Below are positions 1-14,545 of a DNA stretch of 64,000 nt, piece by piece. Each line of letters starts with the position of its first letter. The stretch's first letter is position 1. The notes beneath the pieces are model-generated. The model made no database searches. It saw only the letters and a list, made by a program, of their open reading frames with translations, and was not told the origin of the DNA. The stretch is from Octopus vulgaris. Its lineage: Eukaryota. A program made the translations under genes and the position numbers. The stretch lies in NCBI GenBank assembly GCA_951406725.2, contig OX597815.1, positions 95,170,001 to 95,234,000 on the forward strand, in the 5' to 3' direction.

Positions 1-625
1 AGTGGCGTTCCGCAAGGCACTGTGCTGGGCCCACTTCTTTTCATCATCTACATTAATGACATTAATGACATCATCAAGCACAGCAACATAAAAATCTTTG
101 CAGATGATTCCAAGCTACAGAATGTCATAAATGAGGCGAGTGACCGGACATGCCTTCAGTCAGATCTACTGGCTGTTATCCAATGGGCAGAAAAAAACAA
201 TATGCTGCTGAACGAGGATAAATTTGAGTTAATCCACTTTGGAAAAGAGGATGCCCTGAAACTCCCATACTCCCTTCCTTCAGGTGAAACTCACGCGGCG
301 TCCAAGAACATCAGAGACTTGGGAGTAATTGTGGACAACAACATTAGCTGGGCCACTCATATAAACACCAAAGTTGACATGGCCCGCAGAATGTGTTCCT
401 GGATTCTCAGAACTTTCCAGTCGAGAGATTTCCACACCATTATCCTTCTGTTCTCCACTTTTGCCCGACCCCACCTTGAATTCTGTTGTCCACTGTGGTC
501 TCCCCACACAATACAAAGTATCATAAAAGTTGAAGCACCTCAAAGGGCAATCACAAAAAAGATAGATGGCATGACAGGCCTCGACTATTGGGGTCGACTA
601 GAAAAGCTAAAACTTTATTCTCTCT
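1..625 (+). mobile_element. CR1/L2-group LINE reverse transcriptase fragment (runs off the window start; 3' end lost at a TA/TG microsatellite)
   Basis: Frame 1 reads SGVPQGTVLGPLLFIIYINDI...KIFADDSKL...LQSDL..WA..NNM.LNEDKFELIHFG...RDLGVIVD...RPHLEFCCPLWSP...YWGRLEKLKLYSL, the typical non-LTR RT C-terminal half. The rest of ORF 22-780 is microsatellite read-through. Confidence 0.9.
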
Positions 626-649
626 ACATCAAAGTTAATATAAATCAAA

Positions 650-707
<58 letters not shown>

Positions 708-964
708 ATGGTTACCGTATACATTTATATGTATATTTTATATCTATGGAAGAGTATGCTATAACTTTATAATAAAATAGAAATAAAGAAAAATGCGTAC
801 TATTTTATATGTAGTAGATTATAATAATACGATGAAATACATAACAGTTGCTACAATTATATAAGCAGCTACTTGTTTTAGATTTCTGTCTTTTGATCTC
901 TCCAGAAATAAAAGACTGAGTTTAATACTGAAGAAATCACAAGACCGAGATCTAATGCAATAAC

Positions 965-999
<35 letters not shown>

Positions 1000-1577
1000 T
1001 TTATCCTCTCACGCATATTCGTACACATTATACATCCGTATACATACATGCATACCTATTTGTATAGTTGTGTGTGTGCGTGTGTCTGTGTCTGTGTTTG
1101 TGCGTGCGTGTGTATGTGTAAAATTAGTTGGTCTGACTTGAAAAATGCGTTTGGGGACTTAAAAAGAATTGTAGATTGTAATTTTTAACGTTTTTCATTT
1201 ATTAGAATACCGTACCAGTGTCAACATTTTAAAATGCTTTATAAAAATAAAGAAAATGGCGTGACATTACAATAAAGAGAATGCAAAAGAAACGATTCTT
1301 ATCGATAAAACATACTCAAAAAGTAGATGCAGGATATCTTTCATAAAAAAAATCAAATGATTGATAAATTTTAATGCAATAATACACAATAACAGTTTAA
1401 ACGTTCAATAAGTTTCATAACAATGAATTATGTTAGCAATTAGGTATAAATATTTGAGAGTATAAGAAAAAATTCTTTTATAAGTTCTGTCCTGTTGTGT
1501 TTTCTGTTGGAATTGTTCATCGCTTGCTTTACTCATTCCAATGTGAAATGTGATTTACTTTTAAATTTATTTTAAAT

Positions 1578-1777
1578 TTTGGCAAAAGTTTAGCAATCTC
1601 GAGAGAGGGATTATGCCGATAAAATCGACCCCAGTGCTCGTCTGGTACTTGTCTTAACGACCCCAAACGGATGAAAGATAAAGTCGACCTCGGCGGAATT
1701 TGAACTCAAAACTAACATTCGAAATGCTGATAAGCATTTTATCCGGCGAGCGAACGTTTCTGTCAGCTCACCGCCTT
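1578..1777 (-). mobile_element. tRNA-derived SINE, family A (Meta-domain-like centre)
   Basis: Reverse strand: aggcggtgagctgacagaa...gagttcaaattccgccgaggtcgactttatctttcatccgtttggggtcg...agtaccag. It has a B-box-like motif and about 8 related copies in the window. Confidence 0.8.
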
Positions 1778-2626
1778 TGTTCTGAACAATACGTTATGTG
1801 TAGATTTTAAGACAGGTTAAAGTTCTGGTTGACTACGTACTAAAAATTATCTTTTCTTTATGCTCGCCTATGACGCAGCTAGCTGCTCGATTGGCTGGCT
1901 GCTCGGTGAGACGTTTGTTAAAAGAAAGAAATAGCTTTCGTCCCTTGTTTTTGTTAACAGTGGTCAAGTGTTGTTTTTGGCTGACGTCTTCGTTTACCAT
2001 CTATTCTGACAATTCTTTTTTGTCCGAAATAGACAACATTCTATCTGCTTATCAAATGTCTTGGTCACTTGATTCAATATTCCAGCCTCCTGGTTGGCTG
2101 ACTCCATTTTGTTTTTCTTTAGACTTAATAACCACTTTTTAAAAATTATTTCTTCCTTAGAATCCAGTTTCGATGAAAAACAAAATTCAGTGGGCCAGTC
2201 TCATTGTGACGTTAGCAAATAATTTTTTAAAAAGTGTAATTAGGCATTGCTTTTAACATGAGTTGAGTATATCATGTTTTCCTATTCAGGCACCTTCACA
2301 CTTTCAAAAGAACATAACAGAAAAGTAAATATACTATTTTACGGGGATTAATGCAAAAGCAATTCTTGAAGAATCAGAAAAATCTACACGACAGAAACAA
2401 TAAATGAAACGTGTAAAGGATAAACTTCAATTTTTATTAGCATACTACCTCCCAAAGACCTAGAATAGCGATTGGTTATAACAAGAGGGCTTTGTGAAAC
2501 GCACAGATTTCGAATCATTTTCATATACTCCTCAAACTCATTCTTAAGCAAATAGAGACCTTAATGAGCGATGAAGCCACCCCACAAAATAATTTTGACA
2601 TGTTGCTTAGACAATTTATATATGCC

Positions 2627-2785
2627 ACGCAGACATGGCTGCATGGTAAGAAGTTTGATTTCCAAACACAATATACCGGGTTCAGTCGCACTGCAAGGTA
2701 CTTATGGTAAATGTCTTCTACTATAACCGCGGACCCACCAATGCCTTATGAGTGGGTCTGGTTGACAGAAACTGAAAGAGACCCG

Positions 2786-2790
<5 letters not shown>
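2627..2790 (+). mobile_element. tRNA-derived SINE, family B (CORE-like), 5' half
   Basis: tggctgcatggtaagaag...gggttcagtc...tgtcttctactata...aaactgaaaga matches the copies at 32.1-32.5, 33.3-33.7 and 41.5-41.9 kb. Confidence 0.75.
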
Positions 2791-2864
<74 letters not shown>

Positions 2865-2952
2865 GTAATAATAATGATATTAGGGAGTAAATCCAAACTT
2901 ACAGGGAAAAATTAGATTTAGGATTAAATCTAATTTTACAGTATAAATATGT

Positions 2953-3500
2953 ATATTAAATTAGAGATAAAACCACTATTAGGCAAATCAAACAGTGAAA
3001 AACATAAACCAAAACATAGAAATAAAATGAATTAATATAATATACAAAATATATAGAATACAAAATTCAAAACTTAAATTATTAAAATTAAAATTAAAAT
3101 TAAAAAAACCCCATTAAATTATTAATTTATACTTATAAATTTATATATATATAACAATTGCAGCGTGGAAAGTGTTTGTAAGCCATTTAAGAAACACACA
3201 AAAAAGCCGTTCGATTCACTTCAAAATTTAAGTTTAATTTGTCAAAATATTTTCGTTGCTTTTATACCGCGACCTGTTCACTGACAAAAATCCGCATATA
3301 AATTTATAAGTATAAATTAATAACGGAACAAATTTTTCTTCAAATTTTTATTTTAATTTAAATAGTTTAAATCTTGAATTTTATATTTTATATATTTTGT
3401 ATATTATATTTATTAATTTTATTTCTATGTATAATTATATATATGTTTTGGTTTATGTTTTTCACTGTTTGATTTGCCTAATAGTGTTTTATCTCATAAT

Positions 3501-3508
<8 letters not shown>
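2953..3508. repeat. Long AT-rich inverted repeat (arms ~2953-3150 and ~3296-3508) around a ~145 bp insert
   Basis: ttaggcaaatcaaacagtgaaaaacataaaccaaaacata (left) is the reverse complement of tatgttttggtttatgtttttcactgtttgatttgcctaa (right). Pairing continues inward to ttatacttataaatttata / tataaatttataagtataa. Confidence 0.9.
3238..3288 (-). ncRNA. Type I minimal hammerhead-like ribozyme with G3:C8 swapped core
   Basis: Reverse strand: tttgtca-GTGAACA-g-gtcgc-ggtataaaa-gcaac-GAAA-atat-TT-tgacaaa. Stem I is 7 bp, stem II is 4/5 bp, and stem III is the palindrome AATATT. Confidence 0.6.
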
Positions 3509-3564
<56 letters not shown>

Positions 3565-3569
3565 ATGGG

Positions 3570-5340
3570 TTGAATAAAATGAGATAACAAGGCCAAAGCA
3601 GTGAGATATTTCTAGGACATTTATAAAAAAGTAGTCTTACAGGTGTTTCAGGGATATAAAAGTTATCCCATCATCAGAGACTATATAAGAGTGTTTCAAT
3701 AGAAGGAAATAGTAGAGTTCATTATATAAGAAGTTATTTTGGAATGGGAGCAATAAAGAAAGTACAAGGGGAAATATGAGATTAAACATAAATGTTGGAT
3801 GTGAAAGCTTCCGTTCCATTATCCAAGGAATTTTAAAGGGAAATATGTGTGTAAAAATATATGTTGGGTGTTGGGTGGCCAATATATTGTGAGGGTGTGG
3901 ACCGAGGAGAGCTATTAGTAGACAAAAGGAATAGGGGAGGGATAGAAGGAAGAAGTAAGAATGTAAGGAGTGAATATCTGTGAGAAGTTGGAGGTGGGGT
4001 GATACGTTTGAATAGGCACTAACGTGGTACGTTATATATATATAGGCGATGTTTTTTTCTCTACAGGAACCCACTTTTTCTGAAATTGTTTATATAAAAC
4101 CACTCTTAATGTAATTGTATATGTATACATAAAATTTAACAATTAAAACATTAAAAGATTAAGAAATTGGAAAGTCAAATAAGACTGTTCCAGGTTGCTT
4201 AGGGGTATTCGTTATATGTACTGTGTAGGGATTTAGGTTGTATTTAGATCTGTGGTAAAATTTGAAGGTATGAAAAAAGCGGGGGTTGTATGTACCTAAG
4301 ACCTTATTATGCTAATTTAGTTGTAGTGAAGAATTATGTCTTAATATATGGAATGCCTCTTTGACTCTGGTATGGAAGCCCTGAATTTATTAAGGACCAT
4401 GATAAGTTATATAGAATATCCCAATATTTAAGTTGATGCGACTGGCGAGGATTGTGGATTTGCTGTTTCTCATATCTAAAAGAATTTAGAAGTGCAGTGT
4501 ATCTCTGTTTAATGTTTATAGTTGATCCTATATATATATATATATATGGTTGTTGAATTGTGGACGGTGCATTTGTAAATTACGTTAGAACTTCTTCAAC
4601 GGGTTTGCAAAAGGCAAATTGGCTATGGGCGGCAGTTACATGGTAGTGCACTGTGGGGATTATTTTCAAGAATGGAGGAAGTAATACTGTCTGTGGAGAG
4701 GTTAGAGATGGGGGTAGATTTGTCTACCTTATTAACATTATTATTAATACTATTATTATAATTTCTATCGTTGTTATTATTTATCTTTACATAATCCTTC
4801 CTTACATTCTTATCTCTTCTTCCTTTCCCTCCCCTACTCCTTTTATCTGCTGATAGCTCCTCTCCTGTCCACCACCTCACAATATCTTGACCACCATCTA
4901 GAACTCTTTTCTTCCTTTTCTCTTTCTCTCTCCCCTTTCCTCCCCTAATCCTTTTGACTAATGCTATTTTTTCTTCTCTCTAACATATCTATCTATTCTC
5001 TTCTCTCTATCTACTTCCTCATACCAGTATATTCTCAAAATTTCATTTACACTACGACATACTTTTGAATGAACAGCACATAGAATATATATCTGCACAC
5101 TGTCCATTTGAAATAACAAAATATGAACTCCTATTAAAATTTACATACCATGGACAAGATGCGTCTTTACCCATTCATTCTACACAGCAGATTCCTTGGA
5201 TAATGGATAACAGCAGCTTTAACACCCAATATATATTTTTATTCACATATTACCTTTTAAACTTTCGGAACCTCTTCCTTTCCAAAATGACTTCTTACAT
5301 AGTGAACTCTATTATTTACTTCTATTGAAACAGTCTAATT
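3570..5340 (-). mobile_element. Degenerate Penelope-like element (GIY-YIG remnant, hammerhead-bearing 3' region, inverted terminal copy)
   Basis: Minus strand ~4650-4460 reads PCNCRP*PICLL..SSNVIYKCTV..(frameshift)YIGSTINIKQRY..NSFRYE. A hammerhead lies downstream at 3633-3682, and ~5190-5336 is an inverted diverged copy of ~3685-3832. Confidence 0.75.
3633..3682 (-). ncRNA. Type I minimal hammerhead ribozyme (canonical core, GUA site)
   Basis: Reverse strand: agtct-CTGATGA-t-gggata...tatccc-t-GAAA-cacctg-TA-agact. Stem I agtct/agact is perfect, stem II is 6 bp, and stem III is very short as in PLE hammerheads. Confidence 0.85.
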
Positions 5341-5438
5341 GCGATCCGTCCATAGCACTTACATAGCCTTACCTGCCTTTTGGGCCTCATGGATGCCAAA
5401 ACATCTCATACGCAGACACGCACGGGCGCGTGTATGTA

Positions 5439-5508
<70 letters not shown>

Positions 5509-5650
5509 TATAGATAGATAGATATACATATATATATACATATATATGTATATATATATATACATACATACATACATAGTTACATGCATACATACATACA
5601 TACATACATACATACATACATACATACATGCATACATACACACATACATA

Positions 5651-6505
5651 CTAGGATGTATCAAAAATTTCCCGGGCTAGTTATGTAGCGCGCCAACAGA
5701 TAGCAGTACATGGTTGCAAGCGCAATGAGAACTAGCAGTGATCTTCATGAGGGAGTGTGACGATTCACATGACTGTGTTCACTTCGAAAGTTGTGAAACT
5801 TCTGTTTTTGTGATCACGTGAAAGTTGTAGTTTGCGATTTTTGTCATGGACAGGGAAGTAGAACAAAGAGCCAACGTGAAATTTTGCTTTAAACTTAAGA
5901 AGTCTGCTACAAGGTCATTGAGCATGCTTCGGCTTGCTTACAGTGGGGAAGCAATGGGTCGTATGCAATGTTTCGAGTGGTACTGACGCTTCGAAAGCGG
6001 AAGAACGTCTCTAAAAGATGCTGACCAATCTGGAAGACTTACCACGAACGTCATCACCGGAAATGTGGTGAAAATTCATCGGCTTGTGCATAAGGATAGT
6101 CGAAGGACAATCGACGACATTGCTACTGTTGCTGCTGTGCCGTACGTGTCCGTGCAGGCAGTCCTAGTCCTGAGATCTCGCCAAACCCCGCATGTTATCG
6201 CTTCTGCACCCACCCAATTCTTCAGAATTAACACCTGCAGACATCCTTTTCCCTCCCCAAGATGGAAATGCAGCTTAAAGACTGTCATTTTAACACCGTT
6301 GTCAAGATCCTGAGTGAATCACAGGAGGTCGTCAACTCACTTATGGAAAACGAGTTTGAGGCCGGATTCCAAAAAGTAGCCGGAAGGTTGGCAGCGGTGT
6401 ATAGTTGTGCAAGGTGAGTATTTCGCAGATGATTTTAAAACTTAGGGAAATAAGTTATTTTCTTACTAAATATAACCAGTCCAGGAACTCTTTGATACCA
6501 CCTCA
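5651..6505 (+). mobile_element. Internally deleted mariner transposon with TIRs and TA target duplication
   Basis: From 5846: MDREVEQRANVKFCFKLKKSAT...AMGRMQCFEWY*RFESGRTSLKD..SGR (mariner N-terminal HTH). Imperfect ~33 bp TIRs (ctaggatgtatcaaaaatttcccgggctagttat / ataaccagtccaggaactctttgataccacctca) are each flanked by TA. Confidence 0.85.
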
Positions 6506-6524
6506 TATGTGTGTGTGTGTGTGT

Positions 6525-6685
6525 ATGACTGTATTAGTCTTTCACCGCCACTTGACAACCTTAATCTAGCGGTTTCACAAAAGAATTATTATTGGGTTCG
6601 ATTCGTTCGACTAAAATTCTTCAAGTCGGTGCCCCAGCATGGCGACAGTTACAAGAAAGTGAAGAAGTAAAAGAATAGAAGAATA
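6525..6685 (+). mobile_element. SINE family B, 3' part
   Basis: ccacttgacaacc...ttcgactaaaa...cggtgccccagcatggcgacag...agtaaaagaat matches the 3' tail of the full copies. Confidence 0.65.
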
Positions 6686-9600
6686 TATATATATATATAT
6701 AGATGGATAGATAGATATTGTCAAATTTGTAATCGCATGATGCTTACTGCTGTTACAATTCCTTTTCCCTATAGCCTGTGCAATACTGGTCAGATATTTG
6801 TTTAAGATAGATGACTTAGTTTTACGAATAATATCATTTCGATCAAATTCTTTTCTATTGCCAAGGAGTTCATTGTGACTCCGAAGGAAAATCTGATGGG
6901 CTGTTGTCTCATCTTACAATCGATCGACTATGGACCATTTGATTAATACGATTGAACTAGACCCCTTCAATAGTTCTCAGTAATATATGTAAGCCTTCAA
7001 TAAATGAATCCAATCCATTATGTTCTATATATAAGGAGAACGGAGATTTTTCACATAAGAAAATGCAAGAAATTTTATGTCTACTAAACACTTTAAAGTA
7101 TCTGCTATTTTTTTTTAAAAGTAGTTTTCCGATCCCGAGTAGAACAATTTGGGAATACTGGAAACAATTCGCATTCCGAAGGGACTCATATACAACTCAA
7201 CATTACTAGTGATATGTTTACTCTAGAAATTTTTGCTATACTTGCCTACAGATTTAGCTAAGTACCTAGTAAATGTGTTTAATCTATTTTCGTTTTTTTT
7301 TTCCATATTTTGTCCGCTTGTTATTAAAATTATTAATTATTTGTGGACTGGTTGTTAACCCCTTTATTCGAGTGCTGCCTACTAAAGTTTCGATTACTAA
7401 GTTTCTTAATGCCTTATCTGGCCCTAATATTTAATCTTCATATTTGTCGGTATTCTACGGTTTTTCCAAGTGTTCGAAATGTATCCCCTTATCTCTCCTA
7501 TTATTCCTTGGCTGTCTATTTGTTTTTTTTTCTTGTTACCTAGTACACAGCGATTATTGTTATGATTGTCCTTCTTACTACGTTTTGTTTTGTATTCTCT
7601 CGTTGCTTTTGTTGTAGAATTTTAATTTTCCTTTATATTCTGTTATATCCAGTGCTAAATTATAAAATCCTTGTTTAGTTTGAAAATGTCTCCATTCGAT
7701 GATAAGTTGGAAATACGGGTAGATACATTCTCTACTATTGATCGGGTTATAAATCTAGCGTGATTACTGTTTTTTTTTACTTACGTATCTAGTATTTGTA
7801 TTTGGATTATCAAAAAACTTAAAACTCTCTGTACTTAAAATCTAAAGTAACATCAAGAGATGGTGTTACATCTATTGATATGGATAGTCTCAGGTTCTTA
7901 AACAATTAAAAAAAAATGTCCTGTATCTCTCTATCTCTAGGCTTGAGGGGGTTAAACCGGATGAAAATTGTATTCTCCTAGTATAGACACCCTCCTATTT
8001 CAGGGAATTCGTTGTTTATGCTAAATAATAAATAGATTCATACTAAGTCCGTAACTTGTGCGGACTTGTTGAGTTTTTCTCTAGGTATTGTTGGGTAAAT
8101 AATATTTTTTAGTAATATTTAAACCAGAAGGGATATAAGAAGAGAGATAGATATATATATATATAGAGAGAGAAGAAAACACAGATAGATTGATTGATAG
8201 ATAGGTAGGTAGGTAGCGAGATAGAGAGAGGGGGATGGAGAGTGAGAGAGAGATAGAGAAGGAAAGACAGAAGGAGAAAGAGAAGTAAAGAGGGAGAGAA
8301 AGCGAAGGATTAATTGAGTAGATATACAGTGATAAAAAGGAGACAAAATATCGTCTGCACTTTTAAGCTCACTATCTTATATTCAGACCACAATAAATAG
8401 AATAATTCTCATAGCCCCATACTAACACCTGGAAGAATAATCGACTAGCAAAACGAAAATAGTCCAGGACTGACGTTATAAACGTTATACACAGTTCAGT
8501 TATTTCTTCCTTTAGAATCCAATTCTTGCAAACACTAGAGAAACAGCTATCTTCGGAATATCAGAGAGAAATTGACGGAAAATGCACTTTTAAGTGTAGG
8601 AAGTCATATAAAAAGAATAACAGACTCTCGGAAAGAGAAGTAACTTTTTTTCATAAGACAGCCAAATCACAGAATGTAGAGACACAAGTAATGTAACATA
8701 CGCAACTATAATTACATACATAATTCTCAACAAACGTATCACATTTTACTGAGGAATCCACAATATAGTCTTCATGGAACAACACACATCTTGAAATAAA
8801 TATAAGTGGAAAGGGAAAAAAATATCTCTTCAACTGCATTGGAAATCATGATAGAAGAAAAATGAAAAAATAAACCCGAACAAATTTTCTCGGAATGAAG
8901 AATGAGCGTTCTTATCGAAAATAGCATTCCTCTAAAAAGAATACACAACAGAGAAAAATGCAAATATAGCAATAGAGAAAATTGTCCAGGAACCAAGTGA
9001 AGAAATAGATATAACCTACATAAATCACATATGCTATAGAAATACTGGTATAATATATATAAAAAAAAACAGTAAATATTGATGGAAAAGAAATAACAGT
9101 GGCTGAGATAAATAAAATTACAGAAACAATATTAACTAAAACAAGAGAAAGTTACCAAAATTAACAGAATTACAGAATCACTTTAGTAAAGTATTTAACG
9201 GAAAACAATATTGAAATCGTGAAACATCGAATTAGATATGAAAAAAACTTATCAGAAGTAACATATCTACAACAGGCGTTGGTGCTGGCCAAGTTACATG
9301 GGAAAGACGTTAGTTTAGCAATTCCATATTTTCGGGTTCGATATCTCTGAAAAGAAGTGTGCTTGTGAATTCTGTTATGAACTTTGATCGACCAAACCTC
9401 ATATACACAATTTAGTACCTGTGAGGAAGAGTGTCGAAAGAACCTTTCCTAATTCGGGTGATAGGTTTAATCAATCACCTTTTTAACACAATTAATAAAC
9501 TTGGGTAACCTTATCGGTTACATTTTGTCGCAAGATATTAGGTCCACGTAACTGTTTTTAGATACCCTCCATCTTTCCTCTCACCAGTTTCAAAAGACCT

Positions 9601-9876
9601 AAGAAAGACTATAGGTGCCATACTCTTTCCTCTTACTTCGTGAGAAGAAAAAGCAATTAATAGTTTTAAAAATACTAGAAAAAAATCTAATACATTACCA
9701 AATCTAAAAATAAAGAGAAGCAAATGTGAAACCTGTAAAAAGAAAATACATCAACCAAATGAGGATATTCAACGATTTTTAAATTGAGACATGAAGGATA
9801 ACATTATCTATTATTACCGATGGGTCAAATTATCATATCATAGGTTACGAAACAAACGTTGTTATATTGGTTTCAA

Positions 9877-10068
9877 ATTTTGGCACAAAACCACATGTAC
9901 GAGTGAAGAGACTGGTCGATCAGATCGACCCAAGTTTGCAACTGGTACTTGTTTTATTTACTCCCAAAGAACGAAAGGTAAAGTCGACCTCAGTGGAATT
10001 TGAACTCAGAACGTAAAGACGGAAGAAATGCCACTAAGCATTTTGCCCGGGGTGCTAACGATTTTGAC
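9877..10068 (-). mobile_element. SINE family A
   Basis: actggtacttgtttt...gaaaggtaaagtcgacctcagtggaatttgaactcagaacgtaaagacgg. Confidence 0.8.
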
Positions 10069-10094
10069 ACAATTCCAGTAATTCCAGTAATTTC

Positions 10095-10272
10095 AGGGTA
10101 GGTGGTAAGTCGATTACATCGATCCCAGTGTTCAACTGGTACATATTTTATTAACCCTGAAAGAGCGAAAGACGAAGTCGGCCTCGGCGGGATTTGAACT
10201 TAGAACTTAAAGCTGAACGAAAAGCAATAAAGCATTTCGACTAGTATGGTAAAGATTCTGCCAGCTCGCTGC
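10095..10272 (-). mobile_element. SINE family A (second adjacent copy)
   Basis: gtcgattacatcgatcccagtgttcaactggtac...gaagtcggcctcggcgggatttgaact...ctgccagctcgct. Confidence 0.8.
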
Positions 10273-11689
10273 ATATCAAACGATTAGAGTATTTCTCATT
10301 AATTAATGAGGTTAAAAAACAATAGTGTAGTAAACAAATACATTTGAAGACAAGGAGACAAGGGAATGCATTACATGAAACCCAGCAATAACAGAACGAA
10401 CACACAAGGAATACACACAGAAGAATCAATCAAGTACTATGAGAGTAAAGGAAATGAAAAGTCCGGAAAACTATATGGAGGCAAAGAAATTGAAATTTCC
10501 GGTAAAAAATAATGAAATAAATGATGGAAAATTAAATATAAAGAGAAAGTATAATGAATTAGAATGAAGCCAGACGGAAAGTGAATGTAAAATTTACCGA
10601 GAAATAATCGGTAACTTAGGAGTAATGCAGGCTTTATAAACTTGTATGCTTGAAATATATATTTGTTTCAGTTTGTTTCCTTTTTATTTTTTGCTAGTGT
10701 TTACATTTATAAGAGAGATTAATTCAGAATATGGATTATTCCAGTCCTTTGTGGCAGACTGGACTGAGAAAGATATAGCAAAAGAGTGTTAACAGCAGAC
10801 CTTTTTAATGCCAATATAGGTGATTTCAGCTACATTTCTCAAATCAAGCAATTTTACGCTTGGTGTTCAATATAACAGATATCAAATATATGGGTACGAA
10901 TACTGATACACTACACACGCAAATACACATGTAGACAAATACATATATAAATGAATGTTAGTGAGTGAGTAAGTGTATGGATTGTGTATTTGTTTAGACA
11001 GAGGTAAATAGCACACATTTTTATACAAATATCATAAACTCGAGTCTAGAATGGATTCATGGAAATCATGGAAATATTCTGAGAGCCTGTTTTGTTTAAC
11101 TTGAGAATGTCTATCTTAACGTATGCGATATATAAATAATAACTACTCTGGCTTCTTTTAAACATAGTCTAATATATTTTATCTAATATGAGCCTCAGTA
11201 CATAAACGCATATAAATTTCGAACGTGCGTTGTGATTATTTGACTCAATCCCATTTCGTGTAGTTAACAATAATATAAATGTCATGGTATCAGTATGTAA
11301 AAACATTGGAATATTATAGGAAGTATAGAAGGGGTACATTTCAAAATATTCCTCATGTTCCTGAAAAAAAAACTAAAATAATATTTATTTCATGACCTAT
11401 AAATTTCCATAAAAAGACGCGATTATTTATGTACCAGATTTCTCCCATTTCATTTGTAATCAAACGTATATTTTATGTTTTGCATGAAGCAATCTAAACA
11501 AATACGTACTCAAGCGCACAAGTAGTAATATATATATAATACGCACATTTTTGGACGCACAGAGAAATTCTCGGCCATGTATGTGTATACTTAGCATATC
11601 TGAACCAAGATGGTACAGTTAAGTGATTTATATTTATAGATAGAAATATTTCATATTAATTATGTATCCCAATATGTATGTGTGTTTGT

Positions 11690-13730
<2,041 letters not shown>

Positions 13731-14000
13731 GTATGATGGTATTCGTTTTACCTGTCATTCTGCATCTTACATATTTCTTCCTGCCAATAATCCAACTCAT
13801 ATACTGACAGATAAATCAATATACGAATCTTTCCTCAATAGACTTACTCCCATTGCAGTTTTATTCTTCTTTTGTCAATATTGTTCTTTAGTGCTACCAA
13901 ATGACATTTCGTTAGAAAATCGTAAGCGTCAAACGTACAAATTTAACCATATTGTTTTCTTTCGTTGAACGCTTAATTATTATTATTATTGTAGTTGTTA

Positions 14001-14064
<64 letters not shown>

Positions 14065-14354
14065 GTTGACGATGATGATGAAGAAGAAACGAGTAGAAAA
14101 TGTGCGAGTTACTTTGAACGAAATAAATGTCAGTCACGAAACTGAAATTTAAGGAAGCTCTTGTTCTATAACGTTGGCTCAGAATAATTTGGATAGGGAA
14201 AGAATTTAGAAAATCCCTGTAGACTTACGAAAGAAAAGAAGCTAATTTTGCTCCTCTCTGAATAAAAGTTTTCAGTCTTCTACTGATAACATGTGAAAAG
14301 TCAAATTTATGAATAACGTCCTTCAGGAAGACAAGAGTAGCGTGGTGAGATTCT

Positions 14355-14545
14355 TTCGTGGTCACTCGGTCTGTTAGAAATAACGAGATCTCTCTTAAGC
14401 AAGCTGGATTATCGTTGAAAAAATAGGATACTTAGAATAATGTAGTCTTCTATGTTCTAGGCTTGGAAATAACAGATGGAATGATAAAGGTTGAGGCGTC
14501 ATATACCATAGTTCTACTCTATCCAGGCTGATTGTTGCTACAGAA
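14355..14545 (+). mobile_element. Diverged interspersed repeat, family C (SINE-like)
   Basis: ggtcactcggtctgttagaaataac...ataatgtagtc resembles segments at ~24480-24670 (+), 31100-31300 (+), 40170-40385 (-) and 42100-42285 (-), several of which end in (AAC)n-like tails. Confidence 0.45.

Noticed and set aside
7680-9790. Strand-biased regions (also 30070-31050 and 54250-55700) as possible LINE ORF1/gag remnants
   Set aside because: Only vague zinc-knuckle-like traces and no sustained reading frame, so no call is supportable.
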